The position numbers and the translations under genes were made by a program. A stretch of 64,000 nt of DNA, taken from the NCBI GenBank assembly GCA_003971905.1, contig RSEE01000055.1, forward strand, positions 1-64,000, given 5' to 3'. The stretch comes from Moniliella sp. 'wahieum'. Taxonomy: Eukaryota. The number at the start of each line of letters is the position of its first letter. The stretch's first letter is position 1. Under the pieces are notes generated by a model. That model saw nothing but the letters and a program-made list of their open reading frames with translations, was not told where the DNA came from and did not search any database. Of this stretch, positions 10,510 to 22,199 are shown piece by piece.

Positions 10510-11750
10510 ACATCTACACTTCGTTGCGCCTAAATCAAGCATGTCCCCATCGATCTGTCTCCGACCAAGATCGAATCCCTTCCGTAGGAGGGCTGACAAG
10601 CTCCGTGCGTGGGCTTTGAGTCCCTACTGATTTTATCCCACTTCAAATGTTCGGTATTTGGTCTTGAACGCCAATGAGCTCGAAGTTGGGCTGCCTGATC
10701 TGGACGTCAGTTTCTTAATCCGAGCGCCTCCTTCTCGTTGTTAGGTTCTCCCCTCATACCTTTTCGTTCTTGCTGAGGGTGAAGAACCTGCCGATTTAGA
10801 ACTTGTGCCCTTTCGTGTTTGACTGTTCCTGTTCCCAACTGAGCGTGGGAACATTTCCCCAATCCTCGATCTGTGCTCCTTTTTGAGACCTTTTCGGCTT
10901 TATTCCTTCCTCTTTCTATATACGCGTTGCATGTTGATTCCTCAAAGTCAATGTCTATAAGTAGCCTTTGTTCTATGTTCTTTCTTCTAGCGGGTCCTTG
11001 GTCATTTTGACCACCATCTCCTTGCAATCCATCCTTGACCGACCGGGAAACACCCGCGTTACTCAGTAGGGTTTAGCAATCACCTCTTGGTCTTCTCGAA
11101 TCCTTTCGTCCAGGCAACCTATGCCGTCGATCTCCCTCCAGTTTGCAGTCTCCTTTGATGTGTATGGATCCCGCGGCGATCCAACTCAAGCATTGAGTTA
11201 TTCTGTGACAGAGTTGAGTTTTTCTGTGGCAGGGGGCCTATCGGACCCTTTCTTTGTCTGCGTCAACCTTGGGGACAACCTTTAGGTTCCGTATATTCAG
11301 GCACGTAGTTTTGCTTGTTCCGATGTGTATGCAACCTTGCCACACGAGCCGGTGCCAATTGAGAGACGTCTCACCTCTTCGTCTCTGGCTCCGCTTGGAT
11401 CAGCCAATACTGTTCAAGCTCGAAAAACCGTGAGTGATTCCCCCCCGTCTCCAATAAAGGGAAAGCGTTCCGAACCCGTGGGTTGGGCTCCAGTCGGGGC
11501 CCGCCCATGACAACTGTTTTGTCATTCGTGCCGCTCAGGCTGAGCTTCTTCTCTTGCGGGAGCACTAGCACACGTTTTGTTTTGTTGTGCGTGTGCTGTC
11601 TTGAGCCACTGCGGGTGGCTTCTGCGTTCGGGCCAACTCTATGTCCCTTTAGTTCCTCGGCCTCATCACTGGGCCTCAGGCCTATAGGAGTTTTGTCGGT
11701 TGTTTTCCCGTTTCTGTTTTGCTTGTTGCGCAGCCGTGCTCATAGTGGCG
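10510..11750 (-). mobile_element. Highly degenerate Ty3/gypsy LTR-retrotransposon pol (reverse transcriptase) relic
   Basis: Minus strand reads ...LGLRN..QIRQ...LAFKTKYRTFEVG*NQ*GLKAHARSLSALLRKGFDLGRRQIDGDMLDL, collinear with the gypsy RT consensus LDLRN..QIR...AFKTRYGxFE..MPFGLKNAPxxF...YLDD. Stops and indels present; catalytic DD lost. Extent upstream of about 11030 is uncertain. Confidence 0.6.
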
Positions 11751-11949
11751 ACAGGCTGCTTGACGTTGCTCTATAAGTGTGGTTCGCTTGGTCTACCACC
11801 ACCGCCACTAGTGCGTTTGCATTGCCCTCGAAGAGACCATCATGCAGCAGGCCTCAGGGATGTCGATCATCGATGATTCCAGATCTCATCATCCTGTCCT
11901 GTGCGGTTTGACGCATGGCAGCCTCCCGCTCCTGCGCTTAGTACTTATA

Positions 11950-12115
11950 GTGCTGACGCGCTGACGGCTTTTCGCCGGCACTTCGTGCGTCCCCCTGCTG
12001 GTGGGCACAGTGGGGTTATTGCTAGTGGTGCTCTCGTGTGGGATATGGCCGAGCGGGGTAGGACGCTGTGCTGTCTCCAAGGTACGGGTAACTGGCAACC
12101 CAAGCACGGCAGGCA
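11950..12115 (+). mobile_element. Possible decayed tyrosine-recombinase C-terminal motif
   Basis: GGHSGVIASGALVWDMAERGRTLCCLQGTGNWQ resembles GHSFRRGGAxxA..G.....Q..GRW; catalytic Arg absent. Match judged by eye. Confidence 0.25.
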
Positions 12116-12637
12116 CCTCGCGCCATGCCCATCCGACAGACGGCAAGGCGCTCGATGAGCCGATTCGGATCGCCCTCTTGGCCTGGGCTCACCCCCCCGA
12201 CTCACCTCGCGCTCCGCTCCAAGACGCAACCCGACCCACCAGCACAGGGGCGCCGTGCCGCGCCTGGGTGTGTGCGCCCACAGCGGTGTGGTGCTTGCAC
12301 AGCGCAGGGGCGTGTGGTGCGCCACGCGGTGCGGTGAGTGGCCAGATGCGGGCGCGGGCCGGCAGCGGATCCATCACGCATGGCGCACATCACGCATGAG
12401 CACTTTGAACATTCCACCTGGAGCGCACTGGGTTCTGGGCCATGCGCTCGCCCGGCCGACCAGCCAGCCAACCAGGCAGCCCAGCCGGCAGAACCACAGC
12501 CAGAACACCCGCCGTTGTTCCTGGGTGTTCACACATTCACATTGGAGCCCATCTTGCCACTCCAGTGCGCTTCCCACCGCCATCTCCACCTCCACCTCCA
12601 CCTCCACCACCCTCTCTCCCCCCCTCCTCCCGTCCCC

Positions 12638-14500
12638 ATGGCGTCGCGCAACCCCGCTGCTGGCGCTGCGGCCGACCGCGAGGCGCCGCGGCCCGTCATC
12701 CTCGTCACGGGCGCCAACAGTGGTGTAGGACTTGGGATCTGTGAGCGGCTGCTTGTGCAGTTCAGTTCTCGGATCCCACTCCGCCCGACACGCTGGGCTG
12801 TGTGCCGGCACGTGCGCCGGCGGTTTGCCGAGCCGGTGCGACGCCGTTTGCTGCGAGCAACGGGATCGTGTTGGTGCTGGGGTGCCGGAACCCCGTCAAG
12901 GCGCACAAGGCGCGTACCCAGCTGCTCAACCTCCTTGCGCACCTTGCCACGTTACCTGACGATGCGCCTACTCCGACGCACGTGCCGCGCCACTGGCTCG
13001 CCCACCCGCCGCCGTTTATCAATGCGCCGCTCGCGCCGCCTGCGCCTGTGTCCGAGGCCGAGGAGGATGCCGATGCCGACGCCGGCGTCGGGGCCAACAC
13101 TACCCCCGGATCGCTCGCTAGCTTGGGCAGTGTGCCGACCGCGTCGCCTTCGGTGCAAGATGCGTCGGATGCGCATTCGTTTGCCGTTGCGGTGGCGGCG
13201 AGCATGCGGCGTCGGCGGGAGCGCACGGCGGCGGTGCTATCGGCCGCGTCGGGCAGAACGCTCGGCGGCCGTGTGGCGGCAGAACGGAGGGCGTCAGCGT
13301 CGGCGCGCCAGGCTGCGTTGGTAGGTACGAACGATGCGCGTACGCGCGGGGCGTTTCGGCGTCGGTTTGCCACGCGCACCGTGGTGGAGATTGCGTCGAT
13401 TGATTTGGGCAGCATGGCGAGCACGCTGCGCTGTGCCGAGGCGGTGAGTGATCGGTGGGGGTACGTGACGCACGTGGTGTTGAATGCGGTCTGGCCGCAT
13501 GGCAGGGCATTGATTGGCTAGCGATGACGTGGGAGTTTGCCAAGGGCTTCCGCGAGGCCGTGACGCGGCCGCGGTACAAAAAGCAGCGCGCTGGCGACAT
13601 TGGCAAGGATGGACTGGGGTACGTGTGGCAATGCAATGTGGGTGCGCACTACATGTTGGCGCGGGCGCTGTTGCCCGCGTTCCGCAAAAGCCCCTTTGCC
13701 GAGCCGGGACGCATCATCTGGACCGGCTCAATCGAGGCACAGGAAGAATTTTACCACCCAGACGACTACCAGTGCCGCGACCCGGCCCGCTCGCCGCACA
13801 CGTACGAGTCGACCAAGTTCCAGTGCGAGATCGCGGCGCTGGGGATGGAGGAACGGTTACGGCTCGAGGAGGAGTACAGCCTGTCGCGCAGCGCCAGCGG
13901 GCGCACCCCCCGTTGGCGCCAAACCTGGTCATGCCAGTACCGCGTCGCCGACGCCCGTTGTGCGCAACACCAAGTCCCCGCGCGTGCTACTGAGCCACCC
14001 GGGATTGTGAAGAGCGAGATGTTTACCGCGTACCTGGGTGCGCTCCTCTCCTTCTTTCAGCTGATGGCCATGTACCTTGCCCGCTGGCTCATGTCGCCGT
14101 ACCATGTCGTCACGGGCTACAAGGCCGGCATTGCCGCTGTGTTTCTGTGTGCCGCACCCAGCGCGCGCATCGCCGAGCTTGCGCCCCATGGCGAGCACCG
14201 TTTCTCCCCGGAATGTGACGTTTGGGGCAACGAGTATGTGCAGCGTGGGTTGTGGACCGGTGGGCGTTGCCGCCTGCCCAACACCCTGCCCATCTCCCCG
14301 ACCTGAGCGAGGACAAGACGGAGGAGGACAAAGGCGCGGGCGCAACTACGATGCAACTGGCTCGGGACTTGATCAATAAGCTGGAAGCAGTGGCAGGAGA
14401 TACGTGGACCAAGGCCGGGGCCGGACAGCTGCCTCCGTTTGTGGAAGACGAACCAGAATGGAGTGACGAGGCGACCGCGCCGCTCCCGGCCCCCCAGTAA
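12638..14500 (+). CDS. ERG27: 3-keto-sterol reductase (SDR family, ergosterol synthesis)
   Basis: VILVTGANSGVGLGICERLL; LVLGCRN; IDLGSM..VTHVVLNA; DGLGYVWQCNVGAHY; GRIIWTGS; YESTK (YxxxK); YLARWLMSPYH. Frameshifted in the assembly. Confidence 0.9.
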
Positions 14501-14827
14501 AGGAGAAACGACCCCTCCCCCTACTATATCCACGCCTCACTTGCCTTTCTGGGTTCCTTGGCGCTACCTATTAGCTCTGTGGACCACCTGAGCTCTTTAC
14601 CCTCTTCCTTGCTTTATCTTTCTTTGGACTCTCGACCCATTTCAACATGTGTCCCGTTGAATTGCACCTACTTCCTCCCCCCGCCTCCCCCTGCTCTCTA
14701 AGTACAGGCTAGGCCAGTCGGGCGTGCCGGCCATTGAAATATAGGATAGGATCGAGAGATGAGCAAATAGCATGGCTTGTTGGGTGAAAAACGCCCCGGA
14801 AGAACTTGGGGTTTCTTTTTTTCGGTG

Positions 14828-16446
14828 TCACTCGTACTGCGCAATAAAGTCACGGTGGAATTTGCTGAAGCGCTGGACAAATGTATCGGACTCTTTGGCG
14901 AGGAAGGTGGTGCGGAAGAACATACGGCCGGACGCAGTGGGGTCCTTGCCAAAGCCCGAGCCGGGGATGACGCAGATGCCCGTAGCATCCAGCAGGGCAA
15001 AGCAGTAAAATTCATCGGCCTTGCGCCCGGCCTGCTCGGCAGCGAGCAACGCTTTGGGCGGCAAGTCGACCTCGGGGAAGAGGTACATGCTGCCCTGAGC
15101 CTCGCCACACAGCATGCGCGGCAGCGCATCGAACGCTTCTTGCATTTTACGCGAGCGGGATTGGAGTGTGTGAAGAATGGTGTCGCGTTCTTGAGCCCAG
15201 AGCGCATACGAAGGTTCCCCTCCTGTGGCGGCTTGACCATAATGTCCACGCCAATCTGGCCCTGTACCGGCGGGCAAAGGGAGATGGAAGCCATCTTGTA
15301 AATCTCCGCTTGGACCGCACGGTCAAAGTTGGTCAGTTCAAAGTACCGCCGCGCCGGCCGCATTCGCCAGCAAAGCCCTTGGAAATGGAGTGGAAGGAAG
15401 CGAGTTCGACTTGGTGCGCGATCGCCCGTTCGGCCGGGTCGGACGAAGCGGCAAAGTCAAGCAAAACTTTTTTGAACGAGACAAAGGGACGGGAGGCGGT
15501 GTGTGTAGATGTTGGGCTGGTACACTTCGTCCGCAAACACAACGAGGCGTTTTTGGTGGGCCAAACGGAGGACATCGGCAATGTTGTCGTAGGACATGAC
15601 GATGCCCGTTGGGTTGCCCGGGTTGATCACCACTACCGCGCGTACATCCGTGCCATTAGCCTGGGCCTGATCAATTTCCTTGGCCAGCAGCGGCACGTCC
15701 AGCTCCCACTCCTTGTCCGGGTTGAGCTGGTACCGCACCGGCTCGGCCGACAGCACACGCAGCGTCGCACTGTACAATGGGTACTGCGGGATGGGGATCG
15801 CGACGCCCACCGAAGGCGAGGAGACCAGGACCTGCAGAATCAACTGAATCCCCGCGACGCACCGGCAGTAAGGAAAATGTGGTCGGGCGAGGTAGCGTGG
15901 CCATCGCGTTCTGTAGCCAAGGGGGAAGAATGGGGGGGGGGGGGGGGGCGTTACACGGTCAGTGGTTGTCGGGGCAAAAGAAGAGGAAACAGAGTAACAT
16001 ACGGGAAATGTACTCGGCCACGTGTTGGCGGATGGTGTGGGCGCCCATGGACTGGGAGTAAGCGCCGACGGAGCCAACGTCGGCAAGGATGTCCTTGGCG
16101 CGTTGAATGGCGTCGGCGGGGAAGACGGCGCGACAGCCGGTTGGTCCATGAGCGAAGGCAGCTCCGTCAGTGCGGCGACTTGGCGCCAAAAGGTGAGTGG
16201 GGGCTGGGCAAGCGCAGGCTGTTGCTGTGGATTGCCAATGTTGCAGTACACGACCGAGTCAAACGGAAGGCCATCGTTGTCGGTCTTGCCGGCGAGGTGG
16301 GCTTTGCGCAGGCGGTCGGCATAGTGCGTCGCGCGCACGGCCAGCTCGCCGCGCACGGCGTACTCGGCCTCGCGCACGGCGGGGTTGATGGACTCGAGGG
16401 AGAGCACGGGCTGGTACTTGGTGAGGGTGGCCGTGGTGGTGGCCAT
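14828..16446 (-). CDS. ALT1: Alanine aminotransferase (PLP-dependent); intron 15911-16002
   Basis: EYAVRGEL; CNIGNPQQ; GAYSQSMG; IPIPQYPLYSA; VINPGNPTG; ADEVYQPNIY; SFHSISKGFAGECGRRGG (PLP Lys); QGSMYLFP; GICVIPGSGFG; FRTTFL. Confidence 0.95.
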
Positions 16447-17941
16447 GGTGCGGACCGAGGAGAGCGAAACGAAAGGCTGGTGGGGCAGAAGGAGCAAAGA
16501 AGCAGCGACGCGGGGTCAGCAAGCAGCTACACAAATGACAGCCGGCACACTGGCCGCCTGCGGACCCTGCGTCCAGCGCCTCACACTGCCCCCATGCCCG
16601 CCCGGCCGCGATATAAGACACCCTCTCCTTTGCCCGCCGGCCCCGGCGGGCAAGCGGGCAAGCGGAGATAGAGTCAGACGACCAAGATCAGCGTGACTGG
16701 GTCACTGACGCGTGAGGCCAGCCCCCGCTCCCGGCCACAGGCCCGCGTCATAGGCGAGCACAAGCACGACTGCCACACCCGCTCGCCATGGCACGGGTGC
16801 TTTACGCGTCGGCGCAGGGGGGTGGAAGATGGGCGGCGGGAGGCACAGAAGCGCACGGGGGGGGGGATGCAGTGAGGAAGCGCAAGGCACGGAGCACGTT
16901 GGGACCGCCGAGGCCAGGGGCCGGTGGGGGAGCGGGAGGCAGAAGCTTCAATGGGAAACCTTCCCAGTGCCCCCCGATCATGCAGATCATGCGCAGGGGA
17001 TGGGCCGCACGAGCGAGCAAGAGACGTACCTGGACCGCGAGGCGGCGTGAGGAGACGGTGGGAAAGCGCAGAGCAGGCATGGCGATGAGCGGGCGAGAGC
17101 GCAAACAAGGGCGGAAGCACACTGATAAGGCTCAAGAGGCTCAAGAGATTCAAGAGACGAGGAGCGAGGCAGATTGCAAGTGGAGGAGGACGACGTGCAC
17201 GGCGACCACGACGTGGTATAAGCGGGCAGCAGCAGGGGGTGGGGACGGATGTGTGTGCGGGGAGGAACAGGCAGCTGCCAGCACCACTCACTAGGCAAGG
17301 TCGTGGTGGGGATCGTGGTGTGTGCCGCCGTCGGTGGCTTCAACAGCTTCCCCAACTGGACTGGACTGGACGGGGCTGTCGCGTGGCGGGAGAGGATGGG
17401 GCGGGGGACTGGTCAGCTGCCCACCGCCGCGCCTTTTTGCGCTTTGCTTTGGTGATGCTTCTGTTCACTGCACGGCTCAGGCTGAGCCTCAGCGCCCAGG
17501 TGGGGATGGCTGGATGGACTTTTTTCTTACTCCGGCCGTGCTGTTCTGTTGTGCCCACCCACTCGCCAAATAAATCCGCGTCGAATTCCCACGCAACACG
17601 CTGCCGGCCGGCGAAAAAAAAGCCAGGGTGGCGGTTTGATTCGCCGCGCTTTGCACCGATGATCGATGGGGCGGCGGATGTGATGAGGTGGAGCGGGGCG
17701 GATTGAAAGTTGCCATGCGAGGGCGATGTGATGTAGATATCAATGCGACGAACTGCCAGGCAGGCGCAGGTGCGAGTCACTTGCTGGTGAGCGCCAGGCA
17801 CATGGCTGCGCCCGTCTCTGCTAGGTATTAGCTACTGCTGCCCGACGATCGTCGCATCGCCAACGATCCACCACTCCCGCACGGCGCCCGTGTGCCCCCC
17901 CCCCCCCGCACCGGCAATGGGGTACGCTGGTACCCGTGCAC

Positions 17942-19102
17942 ATGAAACCAGCTCTTCTCGTCACCCGCACTGGCATCAGCCAGCCCACACTTGAACCCAA
18001 CCCACAGTACCCCGTACTCCGTACTCCGTCGCGTACTCAACTCAGGCCTCAACCCGCGCCGCGCACCTCCTGCCCCCCTCCCTCCCCCCCCTCCCCCCGC
18101 GCGCTTGCCTCCCCCAGCGCCATGCCCCTCCCTGCCACGTCCGACGGCTTGCGCCCGCGCAACCCCCAGCCCCCTCCACCCCACCAGCATGGCCCAGCCG
18201 CCCAAGTGGCCAGTGGCCAGCTGCTGCCATCCTCCCCGAGCTGGTGCGGTATGGCAAGGGGGTGCTGGACCTTGTCTTTATTGGCTTCTACATTGTCGTG
18301 TTTAGCTTTCTGCGGCAAGGTCTGATGCTGTGGGTGTTCAAGCCGTTTGCTGCGCGCTATGTGCAAGGAAACGTAAAGAAACAAGAGCGGATTATGGAGC
18401 AGTGCTATGCGATTACCTATTGGGGTGCGTTTGGTCTGATTGGGCTGTATGTCATGTCGTTCCAAGAGTCGTGGTGGTACGACTTTAAGCATTTCTGGCT
18501 GCGCTATCCCCACTGGCTCATGCGCCCCGAACTCAAGGTATACTACCTTCTCCAAGGCTCCTACTGGCTGCACCAGGCATTGGTCATGCTCCTGCGTCTC
18601 GAGGCACCGCGGAAAGACTACTACGAGCTGGTGGCCCACCACTTGGTTACCCTCTGGCTCATCGGCTGGAGCTATGGGATCAACCTCACCATGATTGGCA
18701 CCACCGTCTTTGTTGCCATGGACATTCCCGATACGTTTTTGGGTACCAGCAAGCTGATGAATTACCTTGATGTCAGCCACTGGGTCCAGGGGCCCTTCTT
18801 CCTCTTCTTTATGGGCATTTGGTCCTACTTCCGCATCTACCTCTCTGCTCTAACTCTGTACTCGGTATACACCGACTTTTGGCTCATCCCAAAGCACGCC
18901 ATGGTGTTACAGCCCAGGACGGGTGCTTGGCTGGCACCTTGGATGCGATGGCAAATCTTTGCGCCCCTCTTCCTCCTTTTGCTCCTCAACATTTTCTGGT
19001 ACGTGCTCATCTGGCGCATCCTCATCCGCACCACGCGGGGGGTGTACGAGGACGAGCGAGAGGGAGGAGGAAACGCCCGAGGTGGAAGCCAAGTCTTCCT
19101 GA
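17942..19102 (+). CDS. LAG1: Ceramide synthase (TLC / Lag1 motif)
   Basis: YGKGVLDLVF..FLRQ; RKDYYELVAHHLVTLWLIGWSYGINLTMIGTTVFVAMDIPDTFLGTSKLMNY (Lag1 motif with HH and D..D); WSYFRIY; acidic C-terminus EDERE. Start uncertain; LAG1 versus LAC1 not resolved; stop at 19102 assumes a late frameshift. Confidence 0.9.
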
Positions 19103-19874
19103 GCCCTCACGCACGACTCGTAACGCTCAGCATGCTTCCCAGTACGGCGGCAGCATGCTTGTACGCGCGCCCTCCCCACTTTCAGCCACGCCCCCATCCC
19201 ATTCTTGTCGCAGTAATATAATTGCCCTCCGCTATTATGCTTGTATCTGCCGTCGATCCACCCGCCCTTTCTCGGACCGGACTGGCTTGACAACCGCAAT
19301 GCTGGGACATGTAGCCGTTGTCCGTTCAGCTGCAGGCATTGGCCGCCCCGCCCGCTCTGCACCCTACCGTCGGGCGGGGGTGACGCACAGTTCAGTTGAA
19401 CTGGGCAAGGCCAACGCCATCTCGGCTCTCACTATTCCATCGCGCTGGCACGTGCTGTAGCCACACTGGCTCGTTAGACCCTCGTCCCTGCGGCTTGCAG
19501 AGCAAGATGGAAGCGATCAGCACAGAGGGGGTTCGTTGCTCTGTGCTTTTCCTATCCCGCAAAAAGGAGAAGGACGAGAGGGGCAGAGAGCCTAGCAGAG
19601 CGTACGAGTATACCAAACAAGACGTGCAGCTACACTACTTGGGTTGGCCGGGATGTGTAGGGGCAGGGATAGGGGGAAGGCGAGCAAGACCATGTGACGA
19701 GACTGATTGTGCACCCTCCTCGTCTCGCCCTCTTGGTCCCACCCACTGGCAGCACCGGCTCCCTTTTGCACTTTGGTCGTCGCGGTGGGCCTCGGGCAGG
19801 CGGTTGGGACCCTATGACTCGGTGTGACATATGTGTCGTGAGACTGTCCTCGTTGCGGCTGTAATGCATGTCAA

Positions 19875-19895
19875 GCGTGAAGCTTGAAGCTTGAA
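19875..19895. repeat. GCTTGAA heptamer array (x3, first unit degenerate)
   Basis: gcgtgaagcttgaagcttgaa. Confidence 0.75.
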
Positions 19896-20820
19896 AGCGA
19901 GTGAGTACTTAGTCGATGAAATCTGAGAACGATATGCGATAGCCGTTAAACGACGTTACACACGTCAAACATTAATGCCCCCGGAAAGATACGGGGGAGG
20001 CGCTCGAAGGCCACTGGCGCCTCGCGGCGGCGGGGCGGTGATTAGTGTGACTAACTTGACTGTACTAGCGGTACTGAACGTACTAACCAACACTGACCAG
20101 TAACTTATTGGGGCTCACGTGCATGTCACAGCCAACACGCTTTGCGTTGTGACTCGGATGTCCTTAACTTTGAACGGAAGGGTTCCTGACAGCTCCGACT
20201 ATGTACCTCGCCGTACATACCCAAAGTGCACGGCAGGCACGGCTGGTCTGGACTCCGATATCTCTGAGTTTTGATATCTGACTAGGACTGGCCTCTGTCT
20301 GGACCCCTCGGCAAAACACCCAGCCAGACACTTTACATGTTACATGGCAGCACGTGGGCCGGTGCGCCAGCCGACATCCCTCCTCGTCCCTACTCGTCGC
20401 CCGACCGACCACCGTTTGGGGGCTGCGCGGCACAGCAGCAGTGTGCATGCTTCCCCTTAACCGTGGCTCGCGCACCAGCCTTCCGCCTGGCCAGGCCCAG
20501 GCCAGCGCGATGCAGATGACGTCACGGTTTTCCGACGGAGCACGCACTGACCTGGTGCCGTCCCACTGGCACACTCACCCCCCGCCACTCATTTAAAAGG
20601 GGAAGCACTCAGCTCGCGGCCAGGCGCCGGCGGCCGCCCAAGTCCGCCACACTGGCCAGGTGCCGAGGGTTGGATGTGTTGGTGCCAAAGAGTTGCGGCG
20701 ACGCTACGCTCCGCAGTGGATGTCGTCCCCTTTAATACCCGCGCCCCTTTTGCGTGCCTCTTATCTTCTCTCCTCCCCCTTCCCCCTCCCCCCCGCCACT
20801 CCCAATTGCGTTGGCCCAAC

Positions 20821-21313
20821 ATGGTGTGTATTCGCATCCCCCTCCCCCTCCTCTGTGCGTCGTCCGACAAGGAAGAGGACGAAGTCGGAAGAGAATGCTG
20901 ACCCGCTCTTCACTCTGTCTTTGGCAGCCCTCTTTCACTCTTACCATTACCTTCCCAAGTCTGCTCCGCCACCACCTAAGAAGAAGGAGGTGGAGGGCAA
21001 GTGGACGCACTTTTCGGGGTACGTGCTCCACCCGTCGGACGAGGAGGATGTGGCGCCCGCCTTGCGCAACCATTTGGCCAAGGCCATGCCGGAGAATGCA
21101 ATGGCCTATGTTGTTGGCGCCAAGCCCGTTGCTCAACCCAAGACAAGCTCATTTTCCTGGCGCAAGCTCTTGCCTGAAACCGAGGATGATGGATCTTACT
21201 ACGCCATTCGTCCACCTCCTTGGGCCTTTGCACCACCCAAGAAGGAGGAGCCTCCAACCCTCGAATCTGCGTACAAGGCTCTCCGTGAGCTACGGATCCA
21301 GCAAGCGAAATAA
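20821..21313 (+). CDS. Small orphan protein (~130 aa), probably a micro-exon with ATG, intron ~20824-20927, then one exon
   Basis: Exon reads ALFHSYHYLPKSAPPPPKKKEVEGKWTHFSGYVLHPSD...RELRIQQAK* with C/G-ending codons; GCTGAC branch and CAG acceptor; ATTTAAAA TATA-like box at 20591; pyrimidine-rich 3' UTR. Splicing in frame requires one missing base. Confidence 0.6.
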
Positions 21314-22199
21314 GTGTCCCTCTTAGCGTGATGTTTCTCATTCCTCGTATTCGCCACTTCGTCTTCATCTCCTCATTGTCTATTTTTGTTGGCCTTTTTC
21401 TTCGCCTTCTCATCTGTGTGAAGTACGTCCAGCTGGACCTACTTTGCCTCCTCCATCCAATTGGTTATGACTCTTCAATATTACTGTTTTTGGTTCTCGC
21501 ACATCACTTCAAGGACATGGCCACACCGGCCGGTCACATCGGCCTTTCGGCCTCAATTCTTCCCCTTTTTACATTGCCCCACTTCTCCCGGCTCTACTCG
21601 GTCCTCTTCATTACCATCACGACATATCTGCTTCCGTACCCTTTCTTTATGGGATCGACCCGCATCTGCTTCCATTGGGCCCCAAAACGTGCACAGCTGT
21701 GTGCACATGTTTTGTCGCCCCCCCCCCCCCTTTTCTCTTTTTCTTTCCCCTTTTTCCGCCTTCATGATTTTCATCTCTCCTTTTTATGTTAGAACGCCCC
21801 ATGACCCACTTTGTCTGATTCCTACATCTCTCATCGATCTCATCATCTATCTACAGTGTTCTAAAATAGTAACGAGTAGACTGTTGGCATCTAAACAAGG
21901 GACCGCACGTCCCAAAATCAGTAGCCCGCCTTCTCATGATTGCGCAACAATTACAAAAGTAGAGATCAGAGGTGAGCGGCAGTGAATTCGGTGAGATCAC
22001 CGCTCAGACGGATACGCTTCGCCACCCCAGCACTCTGCGCGTGCTGGTGCCAGCTCCCGTCCACCCTCGTATTTTTAGACGGCTAATATATAGTGTGGGG
22101 GAGTACGTCACCCGTGGGATGAAGTCCACAGGTACCGCGGTTATTACCAGCGCCAGTCCCCATCATAAAAACCGCCCTCTGTAAGCTTCAGCTCTCTCT

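Noticed and set aside
3700..19102. Lipid-metabolism gene cluster (DUF2235, OYE, ERG27, LAG1)
   Set aside because: Interleaved with RRS1 and ALT1; no backbone enzyme, transporter or regulator; ordinary housekeeping neighbourhood.
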